Part shown: positions 1 through 9,711 of the stretch, piece by piece
How the letters are laid out: each line of letters starts with the position of its first letter
Numbering within the stretch: position 1 is the first letter of the stretch
Source of the DNA: an uncultured Methanosarcinales archaeon
GTDB taxonomy: Archaea; Nanobdellota; Nanobdellia; Woesearchaeales; GW2011-AR9
Length of the DNA: 64,000 nucleotides
NCBI GenBank assembly: GCA_964344235.1
Contig: CAYFMJ010000001.1
Location: 96,001-160,000 of the forward strand
Direction of reading: 5' to 3'
Program-made: the position numbers and the translations under genes
The notes under the pieces: generated by a model
Databases searched by the model: none
What the model was told of the DNA's origin: nothing
What the model saw: the letters and a program-made list of their open reading frames with translations, nothing else

Positions 1-36
1 GGTAAAGCATAAATAGAAAATAATATTGGTGAGATT

Positions 37-1047
37 ATGGGAAGCGATTGTTGTCATACGGGCGGAGATTGGTATAAAGAGAAGTTCTGGATTGTCACGT
101 TTATTGTGATTGCAGTGTTAGTTGTATCACATCTTGTTCCGTTTTTGAATCCTGTGCTTGATGCGTTTGTGGATTATCTGCAAATTATCTGGTGGGCGGT
201 GTTGTTAGGGTTGTTTTTAGGTGGCGTAATAGATAGGTTTGTGCCGGATGAATATGTAGCAAAGTTTTTATCGAAACCAAAAAAAACGACGATTTTTAAC
301 GCTGCCATTTTAGGTTTTTTAATGTCGGCATGCAGTCATGGGATTTTAGCTATCGCAATTCAGTTGTATAAGAAAGGAGCTTCTGTTCCGGCAGTGATTG
401 CGTTTCTGTTAGCATCACCATGGGCGAACTTGCCGATAACGATTCTATTATTTGGATTTTTTGGGGTGAAAGCGTTGTTGTTAATTGTGGCGGCAGTTAT
501 TATTGCAATTATTACGGGGTTTGTCTATCAGTTATTGGATAAAAAAGGCTGGATTGAGAAAGCGCCAGAAGTTATAATGCGGGATTTTGCGTTGAAAGAA
601 GATGTGAAGAAGCGGTGGCAGAGTTATTCATTTGATTTTAGAAAGGATGTTGGTGGCGTGTTGAAGGGTATGTGGTCATTAAACAAAATGGTAACGTGGT
701 GGATTTTGCTTGGCATGTTAGCAGCGTCATTTGTAAGAGCATTTGTGCCGACACACCTCTTTCACCAATATATGGGTGCAACGTTTCTAGGGATGGTGGT
801 TGTATTAATAGTAGCAACGATTATTGAAGTGTGCTCTGAGGGGAGTAGCCCTTTAGCATTTGAAATTTATAATCAAACAGGGGCGTTTGGAAATAGTTTT
901 GTGTTCTTAATGGCAGGTGTGGCTACAGATTATACAGAAATTGGTTTGCTATGGAGTAATATCGGGAAGAAAACGGCATTGTGGTTGCCAGTAATTACTG
1001 TACCGCAGATTTTAGTTGTTGGGTACTTGTTGAATGTGTTACTTTAA
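37..1047 (+). CDS. Predicted permease (DUF318/ArsP-like family)
   Basis: Multi-TM protein with the duplicated motifs 'SACSHG...FLLASPW' and 'EVCSEG...FLMAG' typical of DUF318 permeases. Confidence 0.8.
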   Translation: MGSDCCHTGGDWYKEKFWIVTFIVIAVLVVSHLVPFLNPVLDAFVDYLQIIWWAVLLGLFLGGVIDRFVPDEYVAKFLSKPKKTTIFNAAILGFLMSACSHGILAIAIQLYKKGASVPAVIAFLLASPWANLPITILLFGFFGVKALLLIVAAVIIAIITGFVYQLLDKKGWIEKAPEVIMRDFALKEDVKKRWQSYSFDFRKDVGGVLKGMWSLNKMVTWWILLGMLAASFVRAFVPTHLFHQYMGATFLGMVVVLIVATIIEVCSEGSSPLAFEIYNQTGAFGNSFVFLMAGVATDYTEIGLLWSNIGKKTALWLPVITVPQILVVGYLLNVLL

Positions 1048-1409
1048 TCAAAATATTCAACGTCGTCAGAAGTAATGGTGATTTCTTTCGGTGCTGGTTT
1101 TGAGTAGGAAGGTTTCGGTTTTTCTTGGGTTGTTGAGGTCGGTGCGTCTTTCATCGTTATGTCTTTAATTTGCATTGCTTTTTGAAAATTAAAGTTGCCA
1201 CAATTAATGCAGTTAAAGTATGCTCCAAATTTGCCAACACGTTGTTCTAGCCAGGAACCGCAGGTGCATTTGATTTCTTCGAATTTGGATTTAACATGTT
1301 TTGGGCAGACTTCGATGCCCTGCTCGTTTTTTTGAGTTGCTTGTCCTTGGCAGAATGGGCAACGGATGACTTTATAATTTCCGTATTGTTTTTTTGCTTT
1401 GAAGCGCAT
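1044..1409 (-). CDS. Small Zn-ribbon hypothetical protein
   Basis: CPFC...CPKH, CTCG and CINCG motifs; coding-like composition; convergent overlap with the permease stop. Confidence 0.7.
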   Translation of the reverse strand: MRFKAKKQYGNYKVIRCPFCQGQATQKNEQGIEVCPKHVKSKFEEIKCTCGSWLEQRVGKFGAYFNCINCGNFNFQKAMQIKDITMKDAPTSTTQEKPKPSYSKPAPKEITITSDDVEYFD

Positions 1410-1446
1410 AAGAGAAGAGTTGTTGTTGATTTTATAAAACTAAGGG

Positions 1447-2442
1447 TTACTTCATCTTTTGTAAGTATAGTTGCAGTTTCTTCCAGATTTTTTCTTTTGT
1501 ATCTGAATCTATTGAAAGCCTTTGTATCTCTGCTTGCCAATCAACATCAGGAAGTTTAGTGAGGGTACCTTTAAACGTTCTACCTGCGAGGATTGATTGA
1601 TGTTCAATCTCTTTAGCCAGTTCAGACCCAAAGAGTTTTGTTGCTTTAAATTTTGAAATGGTGTTAGCGCCAGATTTTAGTAGTGTTGAAACGTATTCGA
1701 TTCGGTCTTCCCAAATCCCGCATTGGATATCTAATGTTGGAAATGCAATTCGAAGTTGAGATATCCACCATGCTTGTTCTTCCACTGTAGGTTTTTGTGC
1801 CTTTTCGAAGGGGGTTCCTGCTTGTGGGATGAGCCCGTAGATGTGAATTTTGTTAATCCCATACTTAGTTATGAAGTTTTTTAGTAAGGTAAGGTCCTCT
1901 CTTGTTTCACCCATCCCTACAATAAAAGTCATTGCCCTTTGTAGACCCATCTCTTGTGCGTTTTTAAACATGATTTCGTATGGTTTTAGGGGTTTAGAAG
2001 GGCAGACTTGTTTATGGAGTTCTGGATTGATTGTTTCAGTGGAGCCAACAACCCCTTTAATGTATGGCTGGTAGCGTTGAAGTAATGGTTTAGCGACGGG
2101 TCCAACTGAAAGCCAGATCCTTTCTCCCGTAATTTCTACAGCTGCTTTGAGGAGAAATTCTAATTCGTCTGGTTTCAGCACACCTATGCCCCCCGTGAAG
2201 AAGCCAATGTCCCAGCCAAGATGTTTAGCAAGAATGAACTCAGCGAGAATAGACTCATTACTCCTTTTTGTTTCTTTAACAACTTTTTCTTTTGGTTGGG
2301 TGCTCATATAACAAAATGTACAGTCTCCAATCATACAACCCCAGCTAAAGAAAATAGCTCTCTCGAATTTAGTCTCTAGGAGGAAGTTCTGCTTGAAAAT
2401 AACTTCGGCTTGTTCAATTATTGTTATTGGTATTTGTTCCAT
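1447..2442 (-). CDS. Radical SAM protein (biotin-synthase-like fold, function unknown)
   Basis: C-MIGD-C-TF-C (CX4CX2C) cluster motif, GG motif 'FFTGGIG', 'STETINPELH..VCPSK', 'IVGMGET'. Confidence 0.8.
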   Translation of the reverse strand: MEQIPITIIEQAEVIFKQNFLLETKFERAIFFSWGCMIGDCTFCYMSTQPKEKVVKETKRSNESILAEFILAKHLGWDIGFFTGGIGVLKPDELEFLLKAAVEITGERIWLSVGPVAKPLLQRYQPYIKGVVGSTETINPELHKQVCPSKPLKPYEIMFKNAQEMGLQRAMTFIVGMGETREDLTLLKNFITKYGINKIHIYGLIPQAGTPFEKAQKPTVEEQAWWISQLRIAFPTLDIQCGIWEDRIEYVSTLLKSGANTISKFKATKLFGSELAKEIEHQSILAGRTFKGTLTKLPDVDWQAEIQRLSIDSDTKEKIWKKLQLYLQKMK

Positions 2443-2486
2443 AGGTGTCTATTTTCTTAGATTTTTTAAAAGAGTGATGGAAGTAA

Positions 2487-3254
2487 TTAGGTTCGTAATT
2501 TATAGCCGGTTTTAAAGAGATGGACACAGAGTAGGAAGAAGAATATTGTAAGGATGCTTACCAACAGTATGGAATGGGTTAGAGGAACATCTGACACGCC
2601 AATGAAGCCGTAGCGGAATCCATCAACCATGTAGAGGATTGGGTTGAATTTTGCAACAGATTGCCAAATCCCAGGTAACATTTGGATTGAGTAGAACACC
2701 CCACCAAGATAGGTTAATGGTGTGATGAGGAATGTTGAAAAGACGCTCATTTGATCAAAGTTCTCTGCCCAGAGTGCAGTAACGATACCAGCAAAGGCAA
2801 ACAGGAGAGATGTTGCGATGATAAAGAACAGTAAGAGAAAGAGGTTATGTACTGTTACTGTGGTGAAGAGTAAACTTACTGCGAGAATGCCAAAACCAAC
2901 AAGTAACGCACGGATAATCGCCGCTATAGTTAAGCCAGCAATAATTTGCCAGTAGGCAATTGGAGACACGAGTAATTCTTCTATCCCTCGATGAAACCGT
3001 TGGATGTATAATGAGAATGACGTGGAAGCATAGGCACTCATGATAACCCCCATCATTAACAATCCAGGAAGAATAAATTCTAGATACGACGTGCCAGCAA
3101 TTTCTGAAATTCTTGACCCCAATGAGTAACCGAAGATTACAATGAAGAGTGAGGACGTTAAAATAGGAGGGATAATGGTTTGTGTCCACACACGGAATGT
3201 CCGAGTTACTTCTTTTCGCGTTAATGTCCATAATGCGGTGAGGGTTGAAGTCAT
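2487..3254 (-). CDS. ABC-2 type transporter permease (YadH-like)
   Basis: 'W.QTIIPP', 'YLEFILPGL.MM', 'IEELLVSP', 'LGGVFYSI..LP..WQ.V..FNP..YMVDGFRYG'. Confidence 0.9.
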   Translation of the reverse strand: MTSTLTALWTLTRKEVTRTFRVWTQTIIPPILTSSLFIVIFGYSLGSRISEIAGTSYLEFILPGLLMMGVIMSAYASTSFSLYIQRFHRGIEELLVSPIAYWQIIAGLTIAAIIRALLVGFGILAVSLLFTTVTVHNLFLLLFFIIATSLLFAFAGIVTALWAENFDQMSVFSTFLITPLTYLGGVFYSIQMLPGIWQSVAKFNPILYMVDGFRYGFIGVSDVPLTHSILLVSILTIFFFLLCVHLFKTGYKLRT

Positions 3255-3979
3255 AGGTTTGTTAGTTCAATGAACACTTCCTCCAATTTTTTATCCTTGC
3301 CAGATGATTTTAGAAGATTTTCTTTTGTATCAAGTTTGATTATTTTGCCGTGATTAATTATTGCGATTCTTTCACATAATGCTTCTGCTTCCTCTAAATA
3401 GTGAGTTGTGAGAAGAATTGTTGTGCCTTCTTTGTTGAGTTGCTGCATATATTTCCACATAGTTTTACGTGTTTCAACATCGACACCGGCAGTTGGTTCA
3501 TCTAAGATGAGGATTTTTGGTTTGTGCATTAGTGCACGAGCGATCATTAATTTACGTTTCATTCCCCCCGAGAGAGTTCGGGCCTGTTCGTTGCGCTTTT
3601 CCCATAAGTTAAGTGCAGTGAGAACTTCTTTGATTCGATCGTGGCGTTCTTTTGCAGGGATGCCGAAATAGCCTGCATTAAAGTAAAGAATGTTGTACAC
3701 TTTTTCAAAGATATCGAAATTAAATTCTTGTGGCACTAATCCGATAAGTGCACGTGCTTCTTTGTAGTCTTCCGCTACATCTTTCTCAAAGAGTTTTACA
3801 GTTCCAGATGTTTTGTTTACTAGTCCAGTAAGAACCCCAATAGCTGTTGTTTTCCCAGCACCGTTAGGACCTAATAGACCAAAGAATTCTCCTTCGTTAA
3901 TCTCTAGTGAGATGTTATCAACTGCTTTGGTATTAGGGTATGCTTTTGTGAGGTTTTTGATAGTGATTGCAGCAGCCAT
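3251..3979 (-). CDS. ABC transporter ATP-binding protein (YadG-like)
   Basis: Walker A GPNGAGKT, signature LSGGM, Walker B ILILDEPT, H-loop TTHY. Confidence 0.95.
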   Translation of the reverse strand: MAAAITIKNLTKAYPNTKAVDNISLEINEGEFFGLLGPNGAGKTTAIGVLTGLVNKTSGTVKLFEKDVAEDYKEARALIGLVPQEFNFDIFEKVYNILYFNAGYFGIPAKERHDRIKEVLTALNLWEKRNEQARTLSGGMKRKLMIARALMHKPKILILDEPTAGVDVETRKTMWKYMQQLNKEGTTILLTTHYLEEAEALCERIAIINHGKIIKLDTKENLLKSSGKDKKLEEVFIELTNL

Positions 3980-4029
3980 CTGGCGTTGATAAGGGGAAGT
4001 TATTTATAGTTTTCGAGAATGGTACGTGT

Positions 4030-4242
4030 ATGCCCCTCTACGCAGAAGGAATTTTATGGTATATTGTTCTGTTAGATTGTATTGTTTACAACATTTTTGC
4101 ATGGACTGGTTGGAGAAACAGAACAACACATTGGATCTCTCAATATTTTCCAATTAACAAATGGGTAGGGATTTGGTATTTGATTATGGTGTTGTGGTTA
4201 GGGTATTCTTTATTACGTATGGATATTATTTTGTTCCAGTGA
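4030..4242 (+). CDS. Small membrane protein (70 aa, [11 protein letters not shown]...)
   Basis: Two hydrophobic helices; ATG at 4030 lies about 21 nt after TTTATA, a better start than the 3967 TTG in the track, which overlaps the ABC gene. Confidence 0.55.
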   Translation: MPLYAEGILWYIVLLDCIVYNIFAWTGWRNRTTHWISQYFPINKWVGIWYLIMVLWLGYSLLRMDIILFQ

Positions 4243-4291
4243 TTTTTGTGTTACAATAATTTTTATAAATATTAGATCAGATGTACTAGTT

Positions 4292-5482
4292 ATGGCCAAC
4301 ATTACATTTTCTGAAGGTGCTTGGAACATTCCGAATAATCCGGAGATTGGTTATATTATCGGTGATGGTATTGGCATTGATGTGACACCCGTAGCAATGC
4401 AGGTGTTAAACGCCGCGGTGGAGAAGGTGTATAATGGTGAGAGGAGGATCATGTGGAAAGAGATTATTGTAGGAGAGAAAGCGGCAGAACAAGGAAAGGA
4501 TAATTTAACAGAGGAGGCACTGCGGGAAATTGCGGATGCCAGAGTTGTGTTAAAAGGGCCGTTAACTACACCTGTTGGTTCTGGGTTTCGGTCACTAAAT
4601 GTTGCGATTAGACAAAAGTTGGACCTGTATGCTTGTGTTCGCCCAGTAAGATGGTTTGAAGGCGTCCCTGCGCCAGTGAAGCAGCCGGAGAAATTAGATG
4701 TGGTTGTATTTCGAGAAAATACAGAAGATGTCTATGCGGGTATTGAGTTTCAGGAAGGAAGTGATGAGGCGAGCGATATGATTGGTTTTTTGTGGGAGAA
4801 GGGAAAAGTTGTAAGGGGGGATTCTGGTATTGGGGTAAAGCCAATTAGTATAGCTGGTTCTAAAAGGTTAGTGAGGGCTGCGGTTAATTATGCATTAAAA
4901 CACGGAAGAACCTCAGTTACATTAGTGCACAAAGGGAATATTATGAAATTTACTGAAGGTGCATTTAAATCATGGGGGTATGAGGTAGCAAAGAAAGAGT
5001 TCGCAGATAGTGTTGTGATGGAGGGAGAAGAGGTTGAAGGAAAGATTGTTGTGAAAGATCGAATTGCTGATGCGATGTTTCAACAATTATTACTGCGACC
5101 CGGGGAATATGATGTCATTGCAACAATGAACCTTAATGGAGATTATTTATCTGATGCGTGCGCTGCGCAGGTTGGTGGGCTAGGCTTAGCTCCAGGGGCG
5201 AATATAAATTATGAGCAAGGGATTGCCGTGTTTGAAGCGACGCACGGAACTGCTCCTAAGTATGCAGGACAAGATAAAGTAAACCCAGGATCTGTTATTT
5301 TAAGTGGTGTGATGATGTTAGACCATTTAGGCTGGAAAGAGGCAGCAGCATTGGTTGTTAAAGCAATGACCAAAACAATTCAGCAGAAAAAAGTAACGTA
5401 TGATTTGGAGCGGCAGATGGAAAGTGCAACACTAGTTTCTAGTTCTGAGTTTGGTAAGGCAATTATTGAAAATATGGGTTAA
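4292..5482 (+). CDS. icd: NADP-dependent isocitrate dehydrogenase (E. coli Icd-like homodimeric type)
   Basis: '[21 protein letters not shown]', '[15 protein letters not shown]', '[17 protein letters not shown]', '[12 protein letters not shown]', 'VTYDLER'. Confidence 0.95.
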   Translation: MANITFSEGAWNIPNNPEIGYIIGDGIGIDVTPVAMQVLNAAVEKVYNGERRIMWKEIIVGEKAAEQGKDNLTEEALREIADARVVLKGPLTTPVGSGFRSLNVAIRQKLDLYACVRPVRWFEGVPAPVKQPEKLDVVVFRENTEDVYAGIEFQEGSDEASDMIGFLWEKGKVVRGDSGIGVKPISIAGSKRLVRAAVNYALKHGRTSVTLVHKGNIMKFTEGAFKSWGYEVAKKEFADSVVMEGEEVEGKIVVKDRIADAMFQQLLLRPGEYDVIATMNLNGDYLSDACAAQVGGLGLAPGANINYEQGIAVFEATHGTAPKYAGQDKVNPGSVILSGVMMLDHLGWKEAAALVVKAMTKTIQQKKVTYDLERQMESATLVSSSEFGKAIIENMG

Positions 5483-5515
5483 AGTTTTTAAAAGAAGCAG
5501 GTATTGGAAGAAGCG

Positions 5516-6019
5516 ATGGATGCAAAAAAGATTGGCATGGTTATTTTGGTGGTAAGTATAGCACTGTTAGTGGTATTTGTTCTGACGTCACAGAACCTGA
5601 GTACAGAAAGTGAACAACTAGGGTGTTTCAGTGATGAAAATTGTCAGCCGGTACAACAGTCTTTATCCTTGGTGAACGTAGGGTTTGGGTTTTTCGGGTT
5701 CATTCTCGCTCTTGGGTTTTACTTAGTATTTTTTTCAAAAGGAAATGAGGCTCTTTTGAATAAGTTAGAGAGTGAGGGCAAACGAATCGATGGAGAGGAA
5801 CGGTTTTCTATTCTGTTAATGGGTTTAGATGATTTTGAAAAGAAAGTGGTGCAGGAAGTGAAGAAGCAGCAAGGCATTACACAAAATACTCTGCGGTTGC
5901 GAACAGATATGTCTAAATCGAAGTTAAGTCAGGTGTTGAGTGGCTTAGAGAAGAAAGGATTGGTTGTTCGGAAACAGCAAGGTAAGACGTTAGCAGTATT
6001 TTCTAAGGTTAATTTGTAA
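5516..6019 (+). CDS. Membrane-anchored winged-HTH (MarR-like) transcription regulator
   Basis: Two N-terminal TM helices, then 'GITQNTLRLRTDMSKSKLSQVLSGLEKKGLV.R...GKT' wHTH. Confidence 0.75.
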   Translation: MDAKKIGMVILVVSIALLVVFVLTSQNLSTESEQLGCFSDENCQPVQQSLSLVNVGFGFFGFILALGFYLVFFSKGNEALLNKLESEGKRIDGEERFSILLMGLDDFEKKVVQEVKKQQGITQNTLRLRTDMSKSKLSQVLSGLEKKGLVVRKQQGKTLAVFSKVNL

Positions 6020-6133
6020 TCATGAACGTTTAAACGGCTGAATTTTTTGTTTTAAGAGGTTTTGGTGGTTTGTGTTACGGCCCCAAAACATATATGGTTC
6101 TAGGAATTACTATTGTAAAAAACATTGGAGGTT

Positions 6134-6943
6134 ATGATAATGGATCCAGACCAAACGGGAGAACAGCCGAAGCATGAGCACCGAGAACACCATGGGCATC
6201 ATGAACATAAGGTGTCTCCAGTGAAACAGGAAAGTACGAGTTCTTCAAATTCTGAAGGAAAACATAAATTTTTAGTTGGAGCAGCAGTAGTGCAGGTGAT
6301 TCTTTTGCTATACATTGCTTTCCAAGTTGCAGGCGGCGGAGTTGCTGGCGTTGGTTTAGAAGGCGGAGCAGTTGTTGACCCTGGCTATGGTGAAGCAGAC
6401 GTGCCAAGCGCACCAATTGATATGGAGAGTTTAATGGATGACGATGCAATTAAAGGTGACCCAAATGCACCGGTTACAATCGTAGAGTGGAGTGACTTTG
6501 AATGTCCGTTCTGTGCACGGTTTTACTCTGATACTTTGAGCTTAATTGATGAGAAGTATATTCAAACGGGTAAAGTAAAGTTAGTCTACAGAGATTTCCC
6601 ACTAAGTTTCCATCCAAACGCACAAAAATCTGCGGAAGCAGCAGAATGTGCAGGAGAACAAGGGAAGTACTACGAAATGCATGATTTACTGTTTGAGAGA
6701 GGCGTTGCAGGTGGTGTAACGTCATATAAGCAGTTTGCACAGCAACTTGGTTTGAACACGGCAGAGTTTAACACCTGCCTTGATTCCGGAGCAATGGCGT
6801 CAGAAGTTCAGAAAGACTTCGCTGATGGTCAAAGAGCAGGCGTTCAGGGAACACCAGGGTTTATTGTCAATGGACAATTAATCTCAGGAGCACAGCCATT
6901 CCCGGTGTTTGAGCAAGTGATTGAAGCTGCACTACGTGGTTAA
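6134..6943 (+). CDS. DsbA-family thiol-disulfide oxidoreductase with His-rich N-terminus and TM anchor
   Basis: 'SDFECPFC', 'YRDFPL.FH', cis-Pro 'GTPGF'; GGAGG RBS before ATG 6134. Confidence 0.9.
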   Translation: MIMDPDQTGEQPKHEHREHHGHHEHKVSPVKQESTSSSNSEGKHKFLVGAAVVQVILLLYIAFQVAGGGVAGVGLEGGAVVDPGYGEADVPSAPIDMESLMDDDAIKGDPNAPVTIVEWSDFECPFCARFYSDTLSLIDEKYIQTGKVKLVYRDFPLSFHPNAQKSAEAAECAGEQGKYYEMHDLLFERGVAGGVTSYKQFAQQLGLNTAEFNTCLDSGAMASEVQKDFADGQRAGVQGTPGFIVNGQLISGAQPFPVFEQVIEAALRG

Positions 6944-6990
6944 AATCTTTTTTTTCTTTTTTTAAAATTTTGTTTTAACAGAGGAAGAAT

Positions 6991-7377
6991 ATGGCATTAG
7001 ATAGACAACAAAAGGCATTTTTGAAGAAATCAATTCCCTTTACGGCATTTATTGGGGGGTTGTGTTGTTTTATGCCAGTTGTGTTAGTGTTGTTTGGGTT
7101 AAGTAGTGTAACATTTGCGGCTTCTCTCTCAGACGTGTTGTATTACGATTACCGATGGGTGTTTCGGAGTGTTGCGTTGTTGTTGTTATTGGGAGCGTTG
7201 GGATGGTATTTTTACAAGAAGGAAGGAGTTTGTACGCTTGATGCGATGAAGAGGAAAAGGAGGAAGATTATTAACTTTACACTGCTTGTAATAGGGGTAG
7301 CAGTGATAGCATATATCATTTGGTTATATGTGATCGTTGAGATTATTGGGTTGTTACTAGGGATATGGAATTTGTGA
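6991..7377 (+). CDS. Small membrane protein with vicinal Cys pair (MerT/MerF-like)
   Basis: 'GGLCCF' in first TM, three TM helices, additional Cys in 'EGVCT'. Confidence 0.55.
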   Translation: MALDRQQKAFLKKSIPFTAFIGGLCCFMPVVLVLFGLSSVTFAASLSDVLYYDYRWVFRSVALLLLLGALGWYFYKKEGVCTLDAMKRKRRKIINFTLLVIGVAVIAYIIWLYVIVEIIGLLLGIWNL

Positions 7378-7865
7378 AGAATATTGGGTGCGCACTACGG
7401 GAAGCGTATAGTGAAAAGAAGTATTATGTTATTAGTATTGGAGTGGCCGTCGTTATTTTTTTGTTGAATGTGTTAGTACATAATTACAAATTATTGTTTA
7501 GTGATGGTTCGTTGTTCTTTTCACTCGTTGTAGGGTTTTGGTATACTGTTTCGCCTATTGCGTTTTTCTTTTTGCTATTCTTAGCAGTATTTTCTGGAGT
7601 TGTAGTGTCGATGAGTTTGTACGTGTTACGAAGGCAGTTTAAGATAGGAGTAGCTGCTGGTTCCTCAAGTTTTGTGGCAGGATTAATTGCACCTGCTTGC
7701 CCATCCTGTGCATTAGGTTTACTCAGTGTGGTTGGATTAGGGGGGGTTGTTGGAATATTGCCGTTTAAGGGATTAGAATTAGGTTTTCTAGCAGTGGTGG
7801 TATTAGGGTGGTCGTTTATCTATCTATCAAAGAAAATAGCCACAACAGTGTGTGAGATCAAATAG
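7365..7865 (+). CDS. Membrane protein with CPSC motif
   Basis: Four TM segments, 'APACPSCALG', C-terminal 'VCEIK'. Confidence 0.6.
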   Translation: MEFVKNIGCALREAYSEKKYYVISIGVAVVIFLLNVLVHNYKLLFSDGSLFFSLVVGFWYTVSPIAFFFLLFLAVFSGVVVSMSLYVLRRQFKIGVAAGSSSFVAGLIAPACPSCALGLLSVVGLGGVVGILPFKGLELGFLAVVVLGWSFIYLSKKIATTVCEIK

Positions 7866-8208
7866 GACAGCCACTCTTCTCAGCGAGAACTTCTGGTGTC
7901 AATGCGCCGTTCATTCTGGAGCCATCGGCAAATTCCCAAGTAGGGTATGATTGAATACCCTCGCTCTGGCAGTATTCTGTTTGTGATTGCCCATCAGGTA
8001 GAGAACATTCGATGTAGTTTACGTTGTCAAAGCTGTCTCCTAGCATTTTCTTCTGAGCATTGCAAGCACCACACCAAAACGCCCCGAACATTTTAACGTC
8101 ATTATCTGTAAGGCATTGTGTTAATGCGTCATATTGTGTGTTTGAACAAGCGCTTAGAACAAATAGCGCTGTTATTGCGAGAATGATAACAACGTTTTTA
8201 GATTTCAT
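7858..8208 (-). CDS. Thioredoxin/glutaredoxin-like lipoprotein
   Basis: Lipobox 'LSAC', 'GAFWCGAC..QK', 'YIECS', 'IQSYPTW'. Confidence 0.75.
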   Translation of the reverse strand: MKSKNVVIILAITALFVLSACSNTQYDALTQCLTDNDVKMFGAFWCGACNAQKKMLGDSFDNVNYIECSLPDGQSQTEYCQSEGIQSYPTWEFADGSRMNGALTPEVLAEKSGCPI

Positions 8209-8264
8209 TTTTGGGAGAAGAGAGTATCCTTATTTAAGATTAATGGAAAAAAGAAAAGAAAAAA

Positions 8265-8792
8265 TTATTCCACGACGATTTTACCTTTCATGCCCATCGT
8301 TGCGTGAGGCTGGCAGACGTAATAGTACGTTCCTGGTTCGTCGAATGAAATTGTTGCTGTCTCACCAAAACCAACTTCAAAACCACCGTTAAGAAGAGCT
8401 TTTTGGTTTTTGTTCCAGTTTTCTTCTGACACCTGTACAACGTTGTGGGTTGATCCTAGATCAAATGTTACAGAATCACCAACAGCAATGGTTACTTCAT
8501 CTGGAGTAAATGTTAAACCTTCAGTTGTGACTTCAACACTAGGGGATTCAGAAGCTGGTTCTTCGAGAGTTTCTTCAGAGTCTTCTGTTTCCTCTAACTC
8601 TTCCGGTTCTTCATCTGTTTCAGTTTCTGGTTCGTCTTCAACAAAGAGTGGTTCTTCCTCTGCATCTTCAGAGCTTTCCTCAACTGCTTCATCAGCTTGT
8701 GGAAGATCTTCTTCAACGGGTGCTTGCTGTGTGCAGCCAATGACAAGAGCGAGTGCAAGAATCGCTAATACTACAATCATTAATTTTTTCAT
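8265..8792 (-). CDS. Cupredoxin (plastocyanin/azurin family) lipoprotein with acidic linker
   Basis: Type-1 Cu ligands 'HNV' and 'YVCQPHATMGM'; lipobox 'VIGC'. Confidence 0.88.
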   Translation of the reverse strand: MKKLMIVVLAILALALVIGCTQQAPVEEDLPQADEAVEESSEDAEEEPLFVEDEPETETDEEPEELEETEDSEETLEEPASESPSVEVTTEGLTFTPDEVTIAVGDSVTFDLGSTHNVVQVSEENWNKNQKALLNGGFEVGFGETATISFDEPGTYYYVCQPHATMGMKGKIVVE

Positions 8793-8847
8793 ATATAATC
8801 ACCTATGCTATTTATGGAAGAATGGAGGGTTGGGAGATATTTAAAGA

Positions 8848-9711
8848 TTACTCAACACAAGACGCTAGATTTTGGTTTATTCGTGATTTGTTGAGTTTCT
8901 CTCCAATGAAAACGAGAGTGGATGGTTTATTTTCTGTTTCTTCTAGTTCCCATCTACCGACTACGTAGTTAAGAAGAAAGGATTGGTTGTTTATGGTTAT
9001 ATACCCTTTAACACGGAAAATAGAATTGGGTAGGGAGTTAAGGAACTTGGTAAGTTTCGCTTTGTTGAGAGGTTGTGGTTGAATAAGGTGGGTTTCCATG
9101 TGATGATGGTGTTCTGATTTTGTGATGTGTTGATGAGTCGCTTCAATGCCAAGGAGAATGTTGAGGTCTATCTTGCAGTGATCTGTTTCAATAATTGGTG
9201 CTTTTAGGTTAATGGTTTTGATGATTTTTTTCACTTGCTCTGTTTCTTCTCTTTTAAGTAAATCTATTTTGTTTAGCAGTAGAAGATCTGCGGTTTCAAT
9301 CTGGATCTTGGCAGAACCCTTAACGTCTGGAAAGCGGTTTGTGATATCTGCATCAACAACGGTAATGACGGCGTCAAGCGTGATGTTAGGGATGTCAGAG
9401 ATGTCAACAACTAAATTGTCTGCTTCCGCTATACCTGTTGTTTCGATGATAATTGTGTCAGGGGAGTAGAGTTCAATGATTTCCTGCAGTCCTGCTTCTA
9501 ATTCTCCTTGTAAAGAGCAGCATACACAACCTTCAAGTAGTTCTTTCACTGCAATAGTATCATGTTTAATCACTTCTGTATCGATGCCAACTTCCCCAAA
9601 CTCGTTCATAAGAACAGCGATTTTTTTGTCTGTGTGTTTGAGAATGTGTTTTAGTAGAGTCGTTTTACCAGCACCGAGGTAGCCCGAGAGGAGGATTAAA
9701 GGGGTTTTCAT
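8848..9711 (-). CDS. COG0523/CobW-family G3E GTPase (metallochaperone)
   Basis: 'SGYLGAGKTT', 'NEFGEVGID', CxCC 'GCVCC', 'ETTG', 'NKID', His-rich linker. Confidence 0.9.
   Translation of the reverse strand: MKTPLILLSGYLGAGKTTLLKHILKHTDKKIAVLMNEFGEVGIDTEVIKHDTIAVKELLEGCVCCSLQGELEAGLQEIIELYSPDTIIIETTGIAEADNLVVDISDIPNITLDAVITVVDADITNRFPDVKGSAKIQIETADLLLLNKIDLLKREETEQVKKIIKTINLKAPIIETDHCKIDLNILLGIEATHQHITKSEHHHHMETHLIQPQPLNKAKLTKFLNSLPNSIFRVKGYITINNQSFLLNYVVGRWELEETENKPSTLVFIGEKLNKSRINQNLASCVE

Noticed and set aside
3967-4029. Track start of the 91-aa ORF at TTG 3967
   Set aside because: It overlaps the divergent ABC gene start and its promoter; ATG 4030 fits the TATA spacing better.
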